Shown: positions 19,941 through 30,317, counted from the first letter of the stretch. The stretch is DNA of 64,000 nucleotides from Natronolimnobius baerhuensis (GCF_002177135.1 NZ_MWPH01000006.1:5955-69954); one strand, 5' to 3'. The notes: a model not told the origin generated them from the sequence alone. Numbers and translations are program-made.

Positions 19941-22900
19941 CTACTCCTGCTGATACTGGTCATCGTATAGTTCCTGCAGCGCGTCCCGCAGGTAGAGAAC
20001 CGACTCATACCGGTCGACCTTCTCTTTTGCCATGGCTGTTAACAGAATCTCGTCGAGTTCCGGCGGGACATCTGCGAGTTCGCTCGGCGGCTGCGGCGCT
20101 TCTGTGAGCACCTTGTTCATCACACGAGCCGGTTGTCCCTCGAACGGCGGCCGGCCCGTGAACAATTCATAGTAGACTGAGCCGAGTTGGCACACATCCG
20201 TAATATCGTCAGCCGACCCGTAGTTATCGTCGAACTGCTCGGGAGCTGCATAGTGTGGAGACAATCCTTCGATACTCTTGGAGTGCTCGAGCAGGTGTTT
20301 CGAGAGTCCCCAATCGGCTACTTTCGGGACATCCCAACCGTCTGTGACCGATCGAAAGAGGATGTTTTCGGGTTTTAAATCGAGGTGGGCGACGCCCCGT
20401 CGGTGAGCGTGTCGCACTGCCTCTGCCGTGACGATCGCCGTCCACAACGCGTGATCAAACGGCATTTCTCCGGCCCGATCGCCAACATGGCCGCCGTCCA
20501 TGTGCTCCATGGCGATCCACGGCAACGGTTGTGACCCCCAGTCAATTACGCCAACGATGTGATCGTGGTCGTCGAGTTTCGCCCATGTCTCGGCCTCCTG
20601 TGTGAATTCCTCAACGACTTGGGTACCGATCGTTCCCTGAATACGCGGCTCTTTGAGTGCAACCGTGTGAGTAGTACCGTCGACTGTGACAGTCGCGCAA
20701 TAAACGTCGGCATTACCCCCTCTGCCAATAGACTCATCCCGATCTAGTCGGTCGTATGCGAACTCAAGGTCTGGTGCGCCAGGGATCTCGGTCGCTATCG
20801 TCGAACCGACTGCCGAGACAATCGTTTCCGTCGCCTGTATCCGAGCACCGCTGGACTGGTGGCGGGCGTCCGGCTGCTCGAGCGCAACCGTTGCGACCTG
20901 ATTCGGCTCTCTCATCGTGGGATTTTCAGTTCCGATTCCCAGTGACGCACGCTGTGCTTTGCGAGCGTTGTCGCTTGCCACGCTCTGGAGGTGAGCGAGT
21001 TGATCCGCGTCGTCTGGATCTGCGATTTCGCCCTGAATCTCAACAGTCTCCTCGCCGACAGCTGTGAACGTCTCATATGCGGATTCGTACGATCCGTCCT
21101 CGAACGCCGCGATGCCATCACCGATCCGTTCGTTGATCCGAGTGACTTCTACTTCGGCTTTCCTTGTTTCAACCATCGAAGCGACTGCAGTCAACTCATC
21201 CGTCTCGATGTCGTCCCACGGTTTAGCTCTCGTAGCGGCCGTGGCAGCGACCTCAGCTGCCTCGTCGAATGCATCTGTCGCACGAGCGTATGCCTCGGAC
21301 TCAAGGTGCCGCTCGCCTTCCTCGAGCAGGTACGTTGTACCCTGAATACTGACCGAGAGGTACGCCTCGCGTGCCTCTTGTTTCAGGAAGTCCAGCTGAT
21401 GATCGTCGACTAATCGAACTTCCGAGAACTGTCCCAACACGGAGCCTAACTGTTCCAATGCGTCGTCGTATCCAGCTGGCTCCGCATTGAGAGCCGAGTT
21501 GATACGAGTAACCAGCATTTTCTGTTCCCAATCTGATCCGTTTTCGACAAGTTGCTTGCGGAACCGCTGGTACGGTTCTGTTTCGTAGTCGTGTTCGTTC
21601 GCATGTTCGACAGCCTGGTCCAGTGATGCGTTCGCGCTCCGAACATGCTCGACGGCGTTCCGGTAGTTTCCATGGTCAGCTTCGTCCGTCGCTCGCTGGA
21701 GTGAGTTCTCAACCAGCGTCGAGAGCAGATCGAACTCGAGTTCTCGAGCGGTATCCCATTGATCTTCTACCTCTTTGACGTGTGTCCTCAGATTGGGCTG
21801 TTTAGCCCAGTCGACTGCGGCGTTGAGATTCTTGAGTGCCTCCCGTATAGATGGCAGTGCAGCGGAGGGTGACTCCTTGGATGCCGTGTATTTGCCGTCT
21901 GCTAACGCCTTCACTCCGATTTGTCGTAGCGATGTAAACTTCACTTCCGAAAGTGATTTCCTCAGGTCGAATATCTCCGATTGGTCTATCGTAGAAACGA
22001 GGTGTACTGATTCCTCAACATCTTCTAATTCGGAGAGACCCACTTCGGCGTGTTCCAATGCTAGATGATAGTCGCCGGTACGTTCGGCGTCCTTTCCCTC
22101 CTGATAGCAGTTGTCTGCTACCTTGTATCCGCCGATTTTCGCCTCCAGAATTTGCTCTTGTATATATTCTTTTGCTTCGCCAACTTCATCTTGATTCTCC
22201 TGCGGTGCAAAGCTATATTGGGTTCCATCGTCGAGTTCGAATGATAGCTTATCGAAAAATATCGGTTTTTTCGAGGACGGATTTTGTATTTCCTCGTAGT
22301 CAAAGTACTGGATTTCGTCTCCCTTTTTCCTGCCAATGAGATAGATAAGACGTTCGTTCGTGACGATAAGATGCCGACTTCCTTCCTCATCGTCGCTAAA
22401 TGAGACATGATGCGGCGTTACCTCGCGCCCGCCAGGCTTCGTAATTCGAAATCCTTTTGTCTGATTCCTGAAGAAAAATTCGGGACGCTCCGCAGGTTCA
22501 AAAATCTTGATCGGGGGTTTATCGTACAGATGTTGAGTGAGGAACCCACCAGTATGTGTCAGTTGTTTCGATTGTATTGTCCCGCTCGCAGCCGCTGCTA
22601 GTTCTTCTGGTGTTGAGGGCGTTGGCTGTGGCTTGTCCTGAACGTCTTTCGAGAACGATTCAACCGATGATTCCATTGACGAATCTGTATCGTCATCGAC
22701 TCCATCTCGAGCGTACAGATAATATAGTGGATAGAAACCAATCGTTAGAAAGGTCAGCGTCAGTGTGATGATCCAATGTCGCTCAGTGACTTCGTTTGAG
22801 TGTTGGCTGAGTTGCTGCTTGTCTGTAGCGATATAGTATCCCGCAACAGGTAATCCGAAAAGAAACATGACACCCAGTAGAGGCACTAGTCCAGGAACAA

Positions 22901-22979
22901 TCACAGCACTGATCCACGACGCGAAGTACAGCGCGACCGTCCATTTGACATAGCGGTATGCACTGTCCGTTTCAGTCAT
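19941..22979 (-). CDS. membrane-anchored Hanks-type Ser/Thr protein kinase, paralog 2
   Basis: N-terminal TM helices and long helical middle. C-terminal 'IGRGGNADVYCATV', 'VALKEP', 'HRRGVAHLDLKPENILF', 'DWGLSKHLL', 'SPHYAAPEQF'. Confidence 0.85.
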   Translation of the reverse strand: MTETDSAYRYVKWTVALYFASWISAVIVPGLVPLLGVMFLFGLPVAGYYIATDKQQLSQHSNEVTERHWIITLTLTFLTIGFYPLYYLYARDGVDDDTDSSMESSVESFSKDVQDKPQPTPSTPEELAAAASGTIQSKQLTHTGGFLTQHLYDKPPIKIFEPAERPEFFFRNQTKGFRITKPGGREVTPHHVSFSDDEEGSRHLIVTNERLIYLIGRKKGDEIQYFDYEEIQNPSSKKPIFFDKLSFELDDGTQYSFAPQENQDEVGEAKEYIQEQILEAKIGGYKVADNCYQEGKDAERTGDYHLALEHAEVGLSELEDVEESVHLVSTIDQSEIFDLRKSLSEVKFTSLRQIGVKALADGKYTASKESPSAALPSIREALKNLNAAVDWAKQPNLRTHVKEVEDQWDTARELEFDLLSTLVENSLQRATDEADHGNYRNAVEHVRSANASLDQAVEHANEHDYETEPYQRFRKQLVENGSDWEQKMLVTRINSALNAEPAGYDDALEQLGSVLGQFSEVRLVDDHQLDFLKQEAREAYLSVSIQGTTYLLEEGERHLESEAYARATDAFDEAAEVAATAATRAKPWDDIETDELTAVASMVETRKAEVEVTRINERIGDGIAAFEDGSYESAYETFTAVGEETVEIQGEIADPDDADQLAHLQSVASDNARKAQRASLGIGTENPTMREPNQVATVALEQPDARHQSSGARIQATETIVSAVGSTIATEIPGAPDLEFAYDRLDRDESIGRGGNADVYCATVTVDGTTHTVALKEPRIQGTIGTQVVEEFTQEAETWAKLDDHDHIVGVIDWGSQPLPWIAMEHMDGGHVGDRAGEMPFDHALWTAIVTAEAVRHAHRRGVAHLDLKPENILFRSVTDGWDVPKVADWGLSKHLLEHSKSIEGLSPHYAAPEQFDDNYGSADDITDVCQLGSVYYELFTGRPPFEGQPARVMNKVLTEAPQPPSELADVPPELDEILLTAMAKEKVDRYESVLYLRDALQELYDDQYQQE

Positions 22980-23269
22980 AGTGATATCACCTATTCAGAT
23001 TTGCTACATATAATACTTTACTTTGTGATAAGTTATTAGATGGCTACATCGAGAGAACAGCAAATCGACTGCGAGACTGACTTCCCATAGGTGTGTTCCG
23101 TGCGGGGACTGTTACGACCTGTCCACCAGGTATTGCCGGAAAATGATTCTCTGCAAACCGATGGAGCATCTATCATTTATACTTATATTAATGGAAGCTC
23201 ATATTAAAGAACGGAAATAAGCCCCCCAGAGCCCTGTAATGCTGACTTTGCCGATTATCATAATTTCAT

Positions 23270-23282
23270 CGAAAGTATAAAT
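23270..23282 (+). promoter_or_regulatory. BRE/TATA promoter 'cgaaagtataaat' for kinase 3 (leaderless)
   Basis: 28 bp upstream of ATG 23310. Context 'tcatcgaaagtataaa' is conserved with 16301-16318. Confidence 0.55.
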
Positions 23283-23309
23283 AGATCCGTACTTCCAATT
23301 ATCCTGTAT

Positions 23310-26300
23310 ATGGGGATCGACGAACGCGATCAACACTGGTTCACTGCCGATATCACGCACTTTGTGTATAGTATCTTTTCGCCAATTACAGTTCCATTTG
23401 TCCTCCTAGCGGCGATGATTTGGCTACTCATTGTTGGCATTCCAGGTTTTATGCTCGAGTGGATTATCAAGCTTATTTTCACGGAGAACGGACTCGTTCA
23501 CTCACTCTATATGATCGTTTTCCTGTTTGTGATAGTCGTCGTTTTTGTCGGCTATTTCGCATTCGCTCTCATCGAATATCTCACCGCAGAGCCGATGCCG
23601 GACCAAATGCCAACGAGCACGGCCGGCTATTGCTGGTGGATTGGTCTTCCTGTTCTCGCTGCCGTCGCCGTGCTTGCCGGCCTCGCCGCCGGTGTCGAGA
23701 TTGAGTCGACAAGACAGTTCCTCGTCCTAGTCCCGCTATTCGTGTTCGGTTCAGTGCTCCTGATGACGCGAACGCTAAGTGTCGTTCGACGGTCGAAATC
23801 CTCGGCCGACGTCACCGTCACCGTCACTACCGTCGTCATCGCCTACATACTCGTCGCTGGCGTCCTCGAGGCGGTCGGCCTGTTCGTGGTTGCCCCGTTC
23901 CTCTTCGAACCAATAAGCGAGTGGCCCGGCATGGCATCGGTGTATGTTCCGCTGTTGCTTGTCCTCCTCGTCATAATCGAACCGCTCGACGCACTCGGAC
24001 TGCTGGATTCATCCTCGACTGACGGCTCCACTGATCCCGGTGAAATGGCGGCGAATGTCCCAGTTTTGTTCGACGCTGAAACGGGAGAAGGCCTGTTTAT
24101 GTCGCTAGCGCTCACGTTTGTCGTCCTTCCCGCTCTCGTCGCAGTCGTCGAATCATCGTGGCATGGATATCAAATCACATCCGAGATACGTGCCCGGAAA
24201 AACAGGCTCAAGGCGCGGAAACGTAAATTCGAAGAGACTTCTAGGGAGTTCAACTCCGCCATCGAAGATGCCGAAGCTGCACTCGAGGACGACCGTTACG
24301 ACGAAGTCGAACGGCTGGTCATCGACGTTGCACAGGCCAAGCTGGATCGGTGCCAGCGACTGCACAAGAACTACGATATTCCGGAGTCCGTTCCTGCCAG
24401 TGCTCGAATCGAGAATTTGAAGATTAAACTGAAGCGACACGAGGCCAAACAAGAACTCGAAGACCTGATCCAACGACAAGAGGAACTCATCGAGGAGTAC
24501 CGCCAGAACCGCGATGCAGCCAACTACGAGAAGGCGAAAGGATCGCTGCGTCGAGCAAAGTCGGTCGCAAGCGACTGTACAAACACAGCGCGGGAACACG
24601 GCCTCAAGTACTCGCTACCAATGTCGAGCAATGACATTGACGCCGCGATAGCTACCCTCGAGGCGACAGAGACCGAAGCCGAACTCGAAGACATCGTCGC
24701 CGAATACGAGTCCCATCTGTCGACGTTCGACGACGCGATTTGGAGCGGTGACCTGGATCGCTGCGATACGCTGTTTGAGACGCTACGTCAGAAACGCTCG
24801 CAGATCGAGCAACTCGAGCACAAACTAGGGACCAATGCCGAGGCGCTCTCGAGTGCTGATCGGGATCTCGCTGACCGGATTCACCACGCAGCCCAGCAGA
24901 CGATTAGGACGAAATTCGATGTGGGTGTTGGGACCGGTGAGTGCGACGGCGCGTTTGCCTGGCCCGAGGCAAGAGCACGCTACCTGCTCGCTTCGGGGAG
25001 ACAAGCTGCTGAAAATGGCGAGTATCGAGACGCAATCTCGCGAGCAGAGACCGTCGCCACCGACCTCTTACAGCACCTCGACGACGGGTCCCCCAGCGAA
25101 CGGAATCGAGACTCACTGGGAGACCTGATAGGGACCGCCCGAGATCACAAGGGAGAGTGGGAACGACAGTTGATCGTCCGACAGATCAACGACGCGGTCG
25201 ACAGAGAACCGGACGAGTACGAGGAGGCGAGCAAAATCCTCACAAGTGCACTGTCGCGGATCGATCAGACGAATGCGTTTAGCGAGGAAGAGCGAGCGAT
25301 CATCGAGCAGGATACACGCAAAGCGTATGTTACCGTTCGCTCGGACGGGGCATCTGCGCTCGTCGATAACGGTAACGAGCGGCTCGAAGTTGGCGACGAA
25401 TCGTCTGCAGCCACCCATTATGAGGACGCGATGACAACTCTTGGGGACCTCGGCGATACAGTCGCAGAGTGGAACGACGTTAACAATGAACCCATTGATG
25501 AACAGTACAACGCAGTCGAACAGAAATACGTTGAAACACAGACGACACTGCTTGAGGAACGTATCCGGCTGGGAATCGACCAGTTCGACGCCGACGAGTA
25601 TGACGCTGCTCTCGAGACGTTCCGAAACGTGACGAACGAGACCGAGACTGTCCGCGAGCGTGTCGAGACCGAATATGATCGTCTATTGTACCTCCAAGAC
25701 CTCACCGAAGCGAACGCGAAGACGACCCAGCGCACCTCGCTGGGTATTGGGACCGGATCGAAATCCCTACAAGAACCCGAACAGGATGCGGCTGGCACAA
25801 CCCACCGGGAGCATATGGACTCGAGCATCAACTCCACCTCACAGGCCGCCGGCGCACCCGGAAACGACATATTTGACTCGATTGAGGCATCGCTTCCCGA
25901 CGAGATAGACTACATGCAACTCGAGAAAGAGACGGTGCTTGGGTCGGGTGGAAACGCGACCGTCCACAAAGCCAGGCTGGATAGCGATGAAACCCAGTAT
26001 ATCGCCCTCAAAGAGCCCCAGGTTCCTGAAGGAACAGTCGACAAGGCACTGTTCGACCGATTCAGAGACGAAGCGGAAAACTGGAAGCAAGTCGACGATC
26101 ACCCTCATATCGTCAGCGTCCTCGATCACGGTATGCACACGCTGCCCTGGATCGCAATGGAGTATCTCGACGGCGGTCATCTCGGTGACCGCGTCGGACA
26201 ACTCGAGACTGAGCACGCGTTGTGGACCGCACTAGCAGTCACCAGAGCGATCAAACATGCTCATCGACCTGGCATTACCCACCTCGACATCAAACCTGAA

Positions 26301-26741
26301 AACATCCTCTTCAAATCGGTCGATGGATACTGGGACATTCCCAAAGTGGCCGACTGGGGGCTAGCGAATCATTTGCTCGACCGTCCGGATGCCGTCGAAG
26401 GACTGTCACCGCAGTACGCTGCTCCGGAACAGTTTGATCCCGATATCTTTGGCGACACCGATCTCGAGACGGATATCTATCAACTCGGAGTCGTCTTCTA
26501 CGAACTGTTTACCGGAACGCTGCCGTACGAGGGTGACCGGTACAAGGTGTTGCAGAACGAACCGGAGAGAACGCCAACGCCTCCGAGTGAACTCGCAGAC
26601 GTACCACCAGAACTCGACGACGTGCTTCTGAAAGCACTGGCCCCGGAGAAAGCGGACAGGTACGAGAACGTCGCCTTCCTCGAGCAGGAATTAGAAGTGC
26701 TCTTTGAATCGCTGGTCAACGACGCGAGTCCCCAGCGTTGA
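23310..26741 (+). CDS. membrane-anchored Hanks-type Ser/Thr protein kinase, paralog 3 (recent duplicate of paralog 1)
   Basis: Same architecture as paralog 1. The C-terminal ~800 aa are ~90% identical to 16347-19802. The kinase domain is near-identical. Confidence 0.85.
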   Translation: MGIDERDQHWFTADITHFVYSIFSPITVPFVLLAAMIWLLIVGIPGFMLEWIIKLIFTENGLVHSLYMIVFLFVIVVVFVGYFAFALIEYLTAEPMPDQMPTSTAGYCWWIGLPVLAAVAVLAGLAAGVEIESTRQFLVLVPLFVFGSVLLMTRTLSVVRRSKSSADVTVTVTTVVIAYILVAGVLEAVGLFVVAPFLFEPISEWPGMASVYVPLLLVLLVIIEPLDALGLLDSSSTDGSTDPGEMAANVPVLFDAETGEGLFMSLALTFVVLPALVAVVESSWHGYQITSEIRARKNRLKARKRKFEETSREFNSAIEDAEAALEDDRYDEVERLVIDVAQAKLDRCQRLHKNYDIPESVPASARIENLKIKLKRHEAKQELEDLIQRQEELIEEYRQNRDAANYEKAKGSLRRAKSVASDCTNTAREHGLKYSLPMSSNDIDAAIATLEATETEAELEDIVAEYESHLSTFDDAIWSGDLDRCDTLFETLRQKRSQIEQLEHKLGTNAEALSSADRDLADRIHHAAQQTIRTKFDVGVGTGECDGAFAWPEARARYLLASGRQAAENGEYRDAISRAETVATDLLQHLDDGSPSERNRDSLGDLIGTARDHKGEWERQLIVRQINDAVDREPDEYEEASKILTSALSRIDQTNAFSEEERAIIEQDTRKAYVTVRSDGASALVDNGNERLEVGDESSAATHYEDAMTTLGDLGDTVAEWNDVNNEPIDEQYNAVEQKYVETQTTLLEERIRLGIDQFDADEYDAALETFRNVTNETETVRERVETEYDRLLYLQDLTEANAKTTQRTSLGIGTGSKSLQEPEQDAAGTTHREHMDSSINSTSQAAGAPGNDIFDSIEASLPDEIDYMQLEKETVLGSGGNATVHKARLDSDETQYIALKEPQVPEGTVDKALFDRFRDEAENWKQVDDHPHIVSVLDHGMHTLPWIAMEYLDGGHLGDRVGQLETEHALWTALAVTRAIKHAHRPGITHLDIKPENILFKSVDGYWDIPKVADWGLANHLLDRPDAVEGLSPQYAAPEQFDPDIFGDTDLETDIYQLGVVFYELFTGTLPYEGDRYKVLQNEPERTPTPPSELADVPPELDDVLLKALAPEKADRYENVAFLEQELEVLFESLVNDASPQR

Positions 26742-26833
26742 GGGGTCTTTCGCCGGTGGGTCTCGAACCGACTCGTCCAGACCGTCCCGACGTAGTCCTT
26801 GGAGACGGTTCACCTGCTGAATTGACGGTGGTG

Positions 26834-28372
26834 CTACGGTTCAATCGTTCCGAACAAACCAACCGCTTTGCGTCGCCGATAGAGATATAATAGGAACGTC
26901 AATGCATAGGCGATAAGGCCGATGTAATAGAGGTAGCGCCGCGGCGACCACTCGATCCGCTCACTCTGTTGAAACAGTACCATCTCCTTGTTCCAAGCGT
27001 AGAAGAATCCGATGATAGAACCAAGTATGATCACTGCACCGCCGTCAGTGCCGCTTGCGCCGCCAAGGATGAAGGCCGGGAACGACCCGTATAGTATATG
27101 ATGCGTATGAAGCGTACCGAAATCGGTCTCGATTACTGCTGACGAAACGCGTTGTGCTGGCGTGGGTTCGGTTGGTGATTGTTGCGAGGGCGATTCGGAC
27201 GTAGAACGCGAGTTCGGTTGTTCAACACCGGTGTCAGCTCCCGTATTGGGACGGGTTGTATCACGCCTGTCTGTTTCTTTGTCATTATTCGAAACCGATG
27301 GATCACCAGGATTCGTTATCGTCGTTCCACTGTTCGTGCCGGCCTGATCGGTTGATGAAACTGTACCGCGCTGAGTTGAAGTGGACGCTGATGTCGAGTC
27401 GCTGGTGTTCTGTGAAGGTGTACTTCGAGGAGCTGCCATCGATTCGGCCGGGTCGTTGCCGAGTGCCAACTCGAGCAAACGGTTGAGTTCGCGTTTGAAG
27501 TCAAGAATTGACTCGTACCGATCAGATTTGTCCTTTGTGAGTGCGCGCATGAGCGCGCTGTCGGTTCCCTCGGGGAGACCATCAACTCGTTCACTGGGTG
27601 GTATCGGTTCCGACTCGAGGACGTCATGCATGACGGTCGCGGCAGATCCAGTAAACGGTGGTTCGCCGACGAGCGCGGCGTACACAACCGCACCAGTTGC
27701 ATAGATATCTGTGTAGTCGTCGGTATGCCCGTAGGTTTCGTCATCGAACTGTTCGGGGGCGGCATAGTGTGGCGACAGTCCTTCGATGCTCTGAGAGTGT
27801 TCAAGCAGCATCTTCGCAAGTCCCCAATCAGCGACTTTTGGAACATCCCACGAACCCGGCTCCGTCTCTGCGAACAAGACGTTTTCCGGTTTGAGATCGA
27901 GATGGGCAATACCTCGCCTGTGAGCGTGACGGACCGCACGAGCGATGCAGACGCCGATCCACAGCGCTTCTGCGGGCTCGAGATCGCCGAGTCGCGCATC
28001 GAGACTGCCGCCATCCATGTATTCCAGTGCAATCCATGGGAGCGGCTGACTCTCATAACCGAGCACGCTGACGATGTGATCGTGGTCGTCGAGTTTCTCC
28101 CACGTCTCCGCCTCTGCAGTGAACTGTGAAAGGGATTCGACGTCTAGTGTCCCCTGCATTCGTGGCTGTTTCAGCGCACAGATGTCAGGCCCCTCACCCT
28201 TGAATTGAACCTTGGTGACATCGGCGTTCCCCCCTGATCCAATCGCCTCGAGTTCTTCGAAATCTGTGAAGTCAGCGTCGATCCGGACAGGATCGGTATC
28301 AGCAACGTCCGGACGTAAATCCTTGTGTACCCCCGAAGACATATCTCTGTTCTCGAATACTGAGAGAACCAT
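26834..28372 (-). CDS. Hanks-type Ser/Thr protein kinase with inverted architecture (N-terminal kinase, S/T/P-rich linker, C-terminal TM helices)
   Basis: 'IGSGGNADVTKV', 'ALKQP', 'HRRGIAHLDLKPENVLF', 'DWGLAKMLL', 'SPHYAAPEQF'. Low-complexity STP/Q linker. Two or three C-terminal hydrophobic helices. Confidence 0.85.
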   Translation of the reverse strand: MVLSVFENRDMSSGVHKDLRPDVADTDPVRIDADFTDFEELEAIGSGGNADVTKVQFKGEGPDICALKQPRMQGTLDVESLSQFTAEAETWEKLDDHDHIVSVLGYESQPLPWIALEYMDGGSLDARLGDLEPAEALWIGVCIARAVRHAHRRGIAHLDLKPENVLFAETEPGSWDVPKVADWGLAKMLLEHSQSIEGLSPHYAAPEQFDDETYGHTDDYTDIYATGAVVYAALVGEPPFTGSAATVMHDVLESEPIPPSERVDGLPEGTDSALMRALTKDKSDRYESILDFKRELNRLLELALGNDPAESMAAPRSTPSQNTSDSTSASTSTQRGTVSSTDQAGTNSGTTITNPGDPSVSNNDKETDRRDTTRPNTGADTGVEQPNSRSTSESPSQQSPTEPTPAQRVSSAVIETDFGTLHTHHILYGSFPAFILGGASGTDGGAVIILGSIIGFFYAWNKEMVLFQQSERIEWSPRRYLYYIGLIAYALTFLLYLYRRRKAVGLFGTIEP

Positions 28373-28540
28373 CTTTAATCTTTATCTGAATTTTCAACAG
28401 CGAGTTATTAGTGAATTAATGTCTCAAAGATAGAGCAGATTGGATGTGATGATCGGTCAGAAGACGCAACATCCCTGCTACCGCAAACCTTCGCTGTTTG
28501 ATTACTTGAAATAGAAGCAGTCACCGAGCAGTGCGTTCTC

Positions 28541-29257
28541 TCAGAGTGAACTAAGGAGGACACTCACATTGTCACTTCCGCCGTTTTCGTTCGCTCGTTC
28601 AACGAGCAGGTCAGCGCCCTTTGCGAGTGTCGGCGCTTCGTGGATGAGTTCGTGGATTGTTTCGTCGGCGACTTCCTCGGTCAACCCATCCGAACAGAGC
28701 AATAGCGTGTCTGCTCCAGAAACTTCGTAAAAATCTGGCTCAACCGTCTCATCTGTTCCAAGTGCTTGTGAGATTACGTTTCGCTGTGGATGCTCCGCAG
28801 CTTCTTCCGACGTGAGTTTCCCTTGATCGACCAACTCTTGGACTAACGACTGATCAGTGGTTACCTGCTCGATTGAACTCTCGGTGAGGGTGTATGCCCG
28901 ACTGTCGCCAACGTTCGCGAGGAGTACCTCACCGCTCCGAACGAGTGCAACGACCACTGTTGTTCCCATTCGTGAACGCTCGTTACACTGGTCGTGGATC
29001 GCTCGATTGGCGTCCACAATTGCTGATTCCAACAGATCCTTCCACTCGGTCCGTGGTGGTATCGAATCGCCACCAAGCGTCTCTTCGAGCGTGTCGATTG
29101 CCAGTTGACTCGCGACGTCGCCAGCGGCGTGGCCGCCCATCCCGTCAGCGACCGCGAGGAGTTTCGTATTATCTGTCAGCTGCGTTCCAAACAGGGTATC
29201 CTCGTTGTGTTCGCGTTGACGGCCGACGTCAGTTCGGGTTACAAAAGTCTCGTTCAT
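28541..29257 (-). CDS. PP2C-family (PPM) Ser/Thr protein phosphatase
   Basis: 'GRQREHNEDTLF', 'LLAVADGMGGHAAGDVASQLAI', 'GDSRAY', 'LLLCSDGLT' and the C-terminal 'GGSDNVSVL' are canonical PPM motifs. Confidence 0.85.
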   Translation of the reverse strand: MNETFVTRTDVGRQREHNEDTLFGTQLTDNTKLLAVADGMGGHAAGDVASQLAIDTLEETLGGDSIPPRTEWKDLLESAIVDANRAIHDQCNERSRMGTTVVVALVRSGEVLLANVGDSRAYTLTESSIEQVTTDQSLVQELVDQGKLTSEEAAEHPQRNVISQALGTDETVEPDFYEVSGADTLLLCSDGLTEEVADETIHELIHEAPTLAKGADLLVERANENGGSDNVSVLLSSL

Positions 29258-29269
29258 ATCACAGAGGTA

Positions 29270-30085
29270 TTAATTAGAGTTTGCTGGGTCACAGTGCGGA
29301 CAGGCATCCTCATAGGCCAGATCGTGAACCTGACAGAACTGTTTCGTGGCGGTTTCGGACGGTGCTGTATCGCCACCCGGTTCCGATGGCTGGTTCGAAC
29401 CGAGGTCGTACCCGCAGTTAGGACAGTACAATGCAGTGGCGCTGATCTCGCTCCCACATTTGATGCAAAACTGTGTATCGCTCGTGGTCTCTTCGGACCC
29501 CGGTTGCGGTTCGGGAGTAGACGTCTGATTGTTGACCGAGATCGTATCCGACGGGTTCGACTCGCTTCCGATGCTCGAGCGATTGAAGACATTATCGTCG
29601 CCGACCTCGGCCGGTTCTTCGCCACCGATGTCCGTACGGTTAAAGACGTTGTCGTCACCGACGGTAGTACTGTTATCCTCACCCACCACGATTTTCCCGT
29701 CCCCGGTGTTGACAAATTTCGCATCTCGCTCGGTCGTCAACTGTAACGTAGTCTGGTAGCCAATCGAGATCGTAGCGTCGCTCGAGACCGTCTCAATACG
29801 TCCGTTGGCGACCTCTCGCTCCATACCTTTCGAAGTGACGGTGATGCCGTTAGAGTTCCCGTTGTTGTGAATCTCGATCCGTTCCTCGCGTGGCTTGAAC
29901 GCGACTGGCGCGGTATCTCCCTTTTTACGAGAGACAGTAATGTCAGCGACACCCAATGGCACGACTTTACCGTCTACTTCGGCAACGACTTGTTCGCCTC
30001 GTTCAGGGTCGCGATACACCTCTGTCCATGATTCGACAGAAATTTTCCCCGTATCCGACGAATCGATTGTTACGTACCCCCTCAT
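29270..30085 (-). CDS. zinc-ribbon protein with degenerate FHA-like N-terminal domain
   Basis: C-terminal 'FCIKCGSEISATALYCPNCG' and 'FCQVHD...CPHCD' are CxxC pairs. The N-terminal beta-rich region ('ITVSRKKGD...IEIHNNGNSNGITVTS') loosely matches the FHA 'SR.HA...S.NGT.VNG' pattern. Internal repeat 'VGDDNVFNR(T/S)(D/S)IG' x2. Confidence 0.55.
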   Translation of the reverse strand: MRGYVTIDSSDTGKISVESWTEVYRDPERGEQVVAEVDGKVVPLGVADITVSRKKGDTAPVAFKPREERIEIHNNGNSNGITVTSKGMEREVANGRIETVSSDATISIGYQTTLQLTTERDAKFVNTGDGKIVVGEDNSTTVGDDNVFNRTDIGGEEPAEVGDDNVFNRSSIGSESNPSDTISVNNQTSTPEPQPGSEETTSDTQFCIKCGSEISATALYCPNCGYDLGSNQPSEPGGDTAPSETATKQFCQVHDLAYEDACPHCDPANSN

Positions 30086-30317
30086 CGATTACCACCCATG
30101 TTTACAAGTCAACCCATTAATAACTACGGAATCTCCAGCAGACGTTCGCCGATGATGGAATCCCAGTCGCGCTACTCTGCCACATCGGCACTGTGGTGAT
30201 TGTCGTTGCAACCGCCACAATTGGCCCACCAGAGTCACGGACTCCAAAATGCGTTGCTGTTCAAACAAGCACCCGGTCGCGCCCGTTCTAACGTGATCGA
30301 GTGGTCTCACGGTCTTC

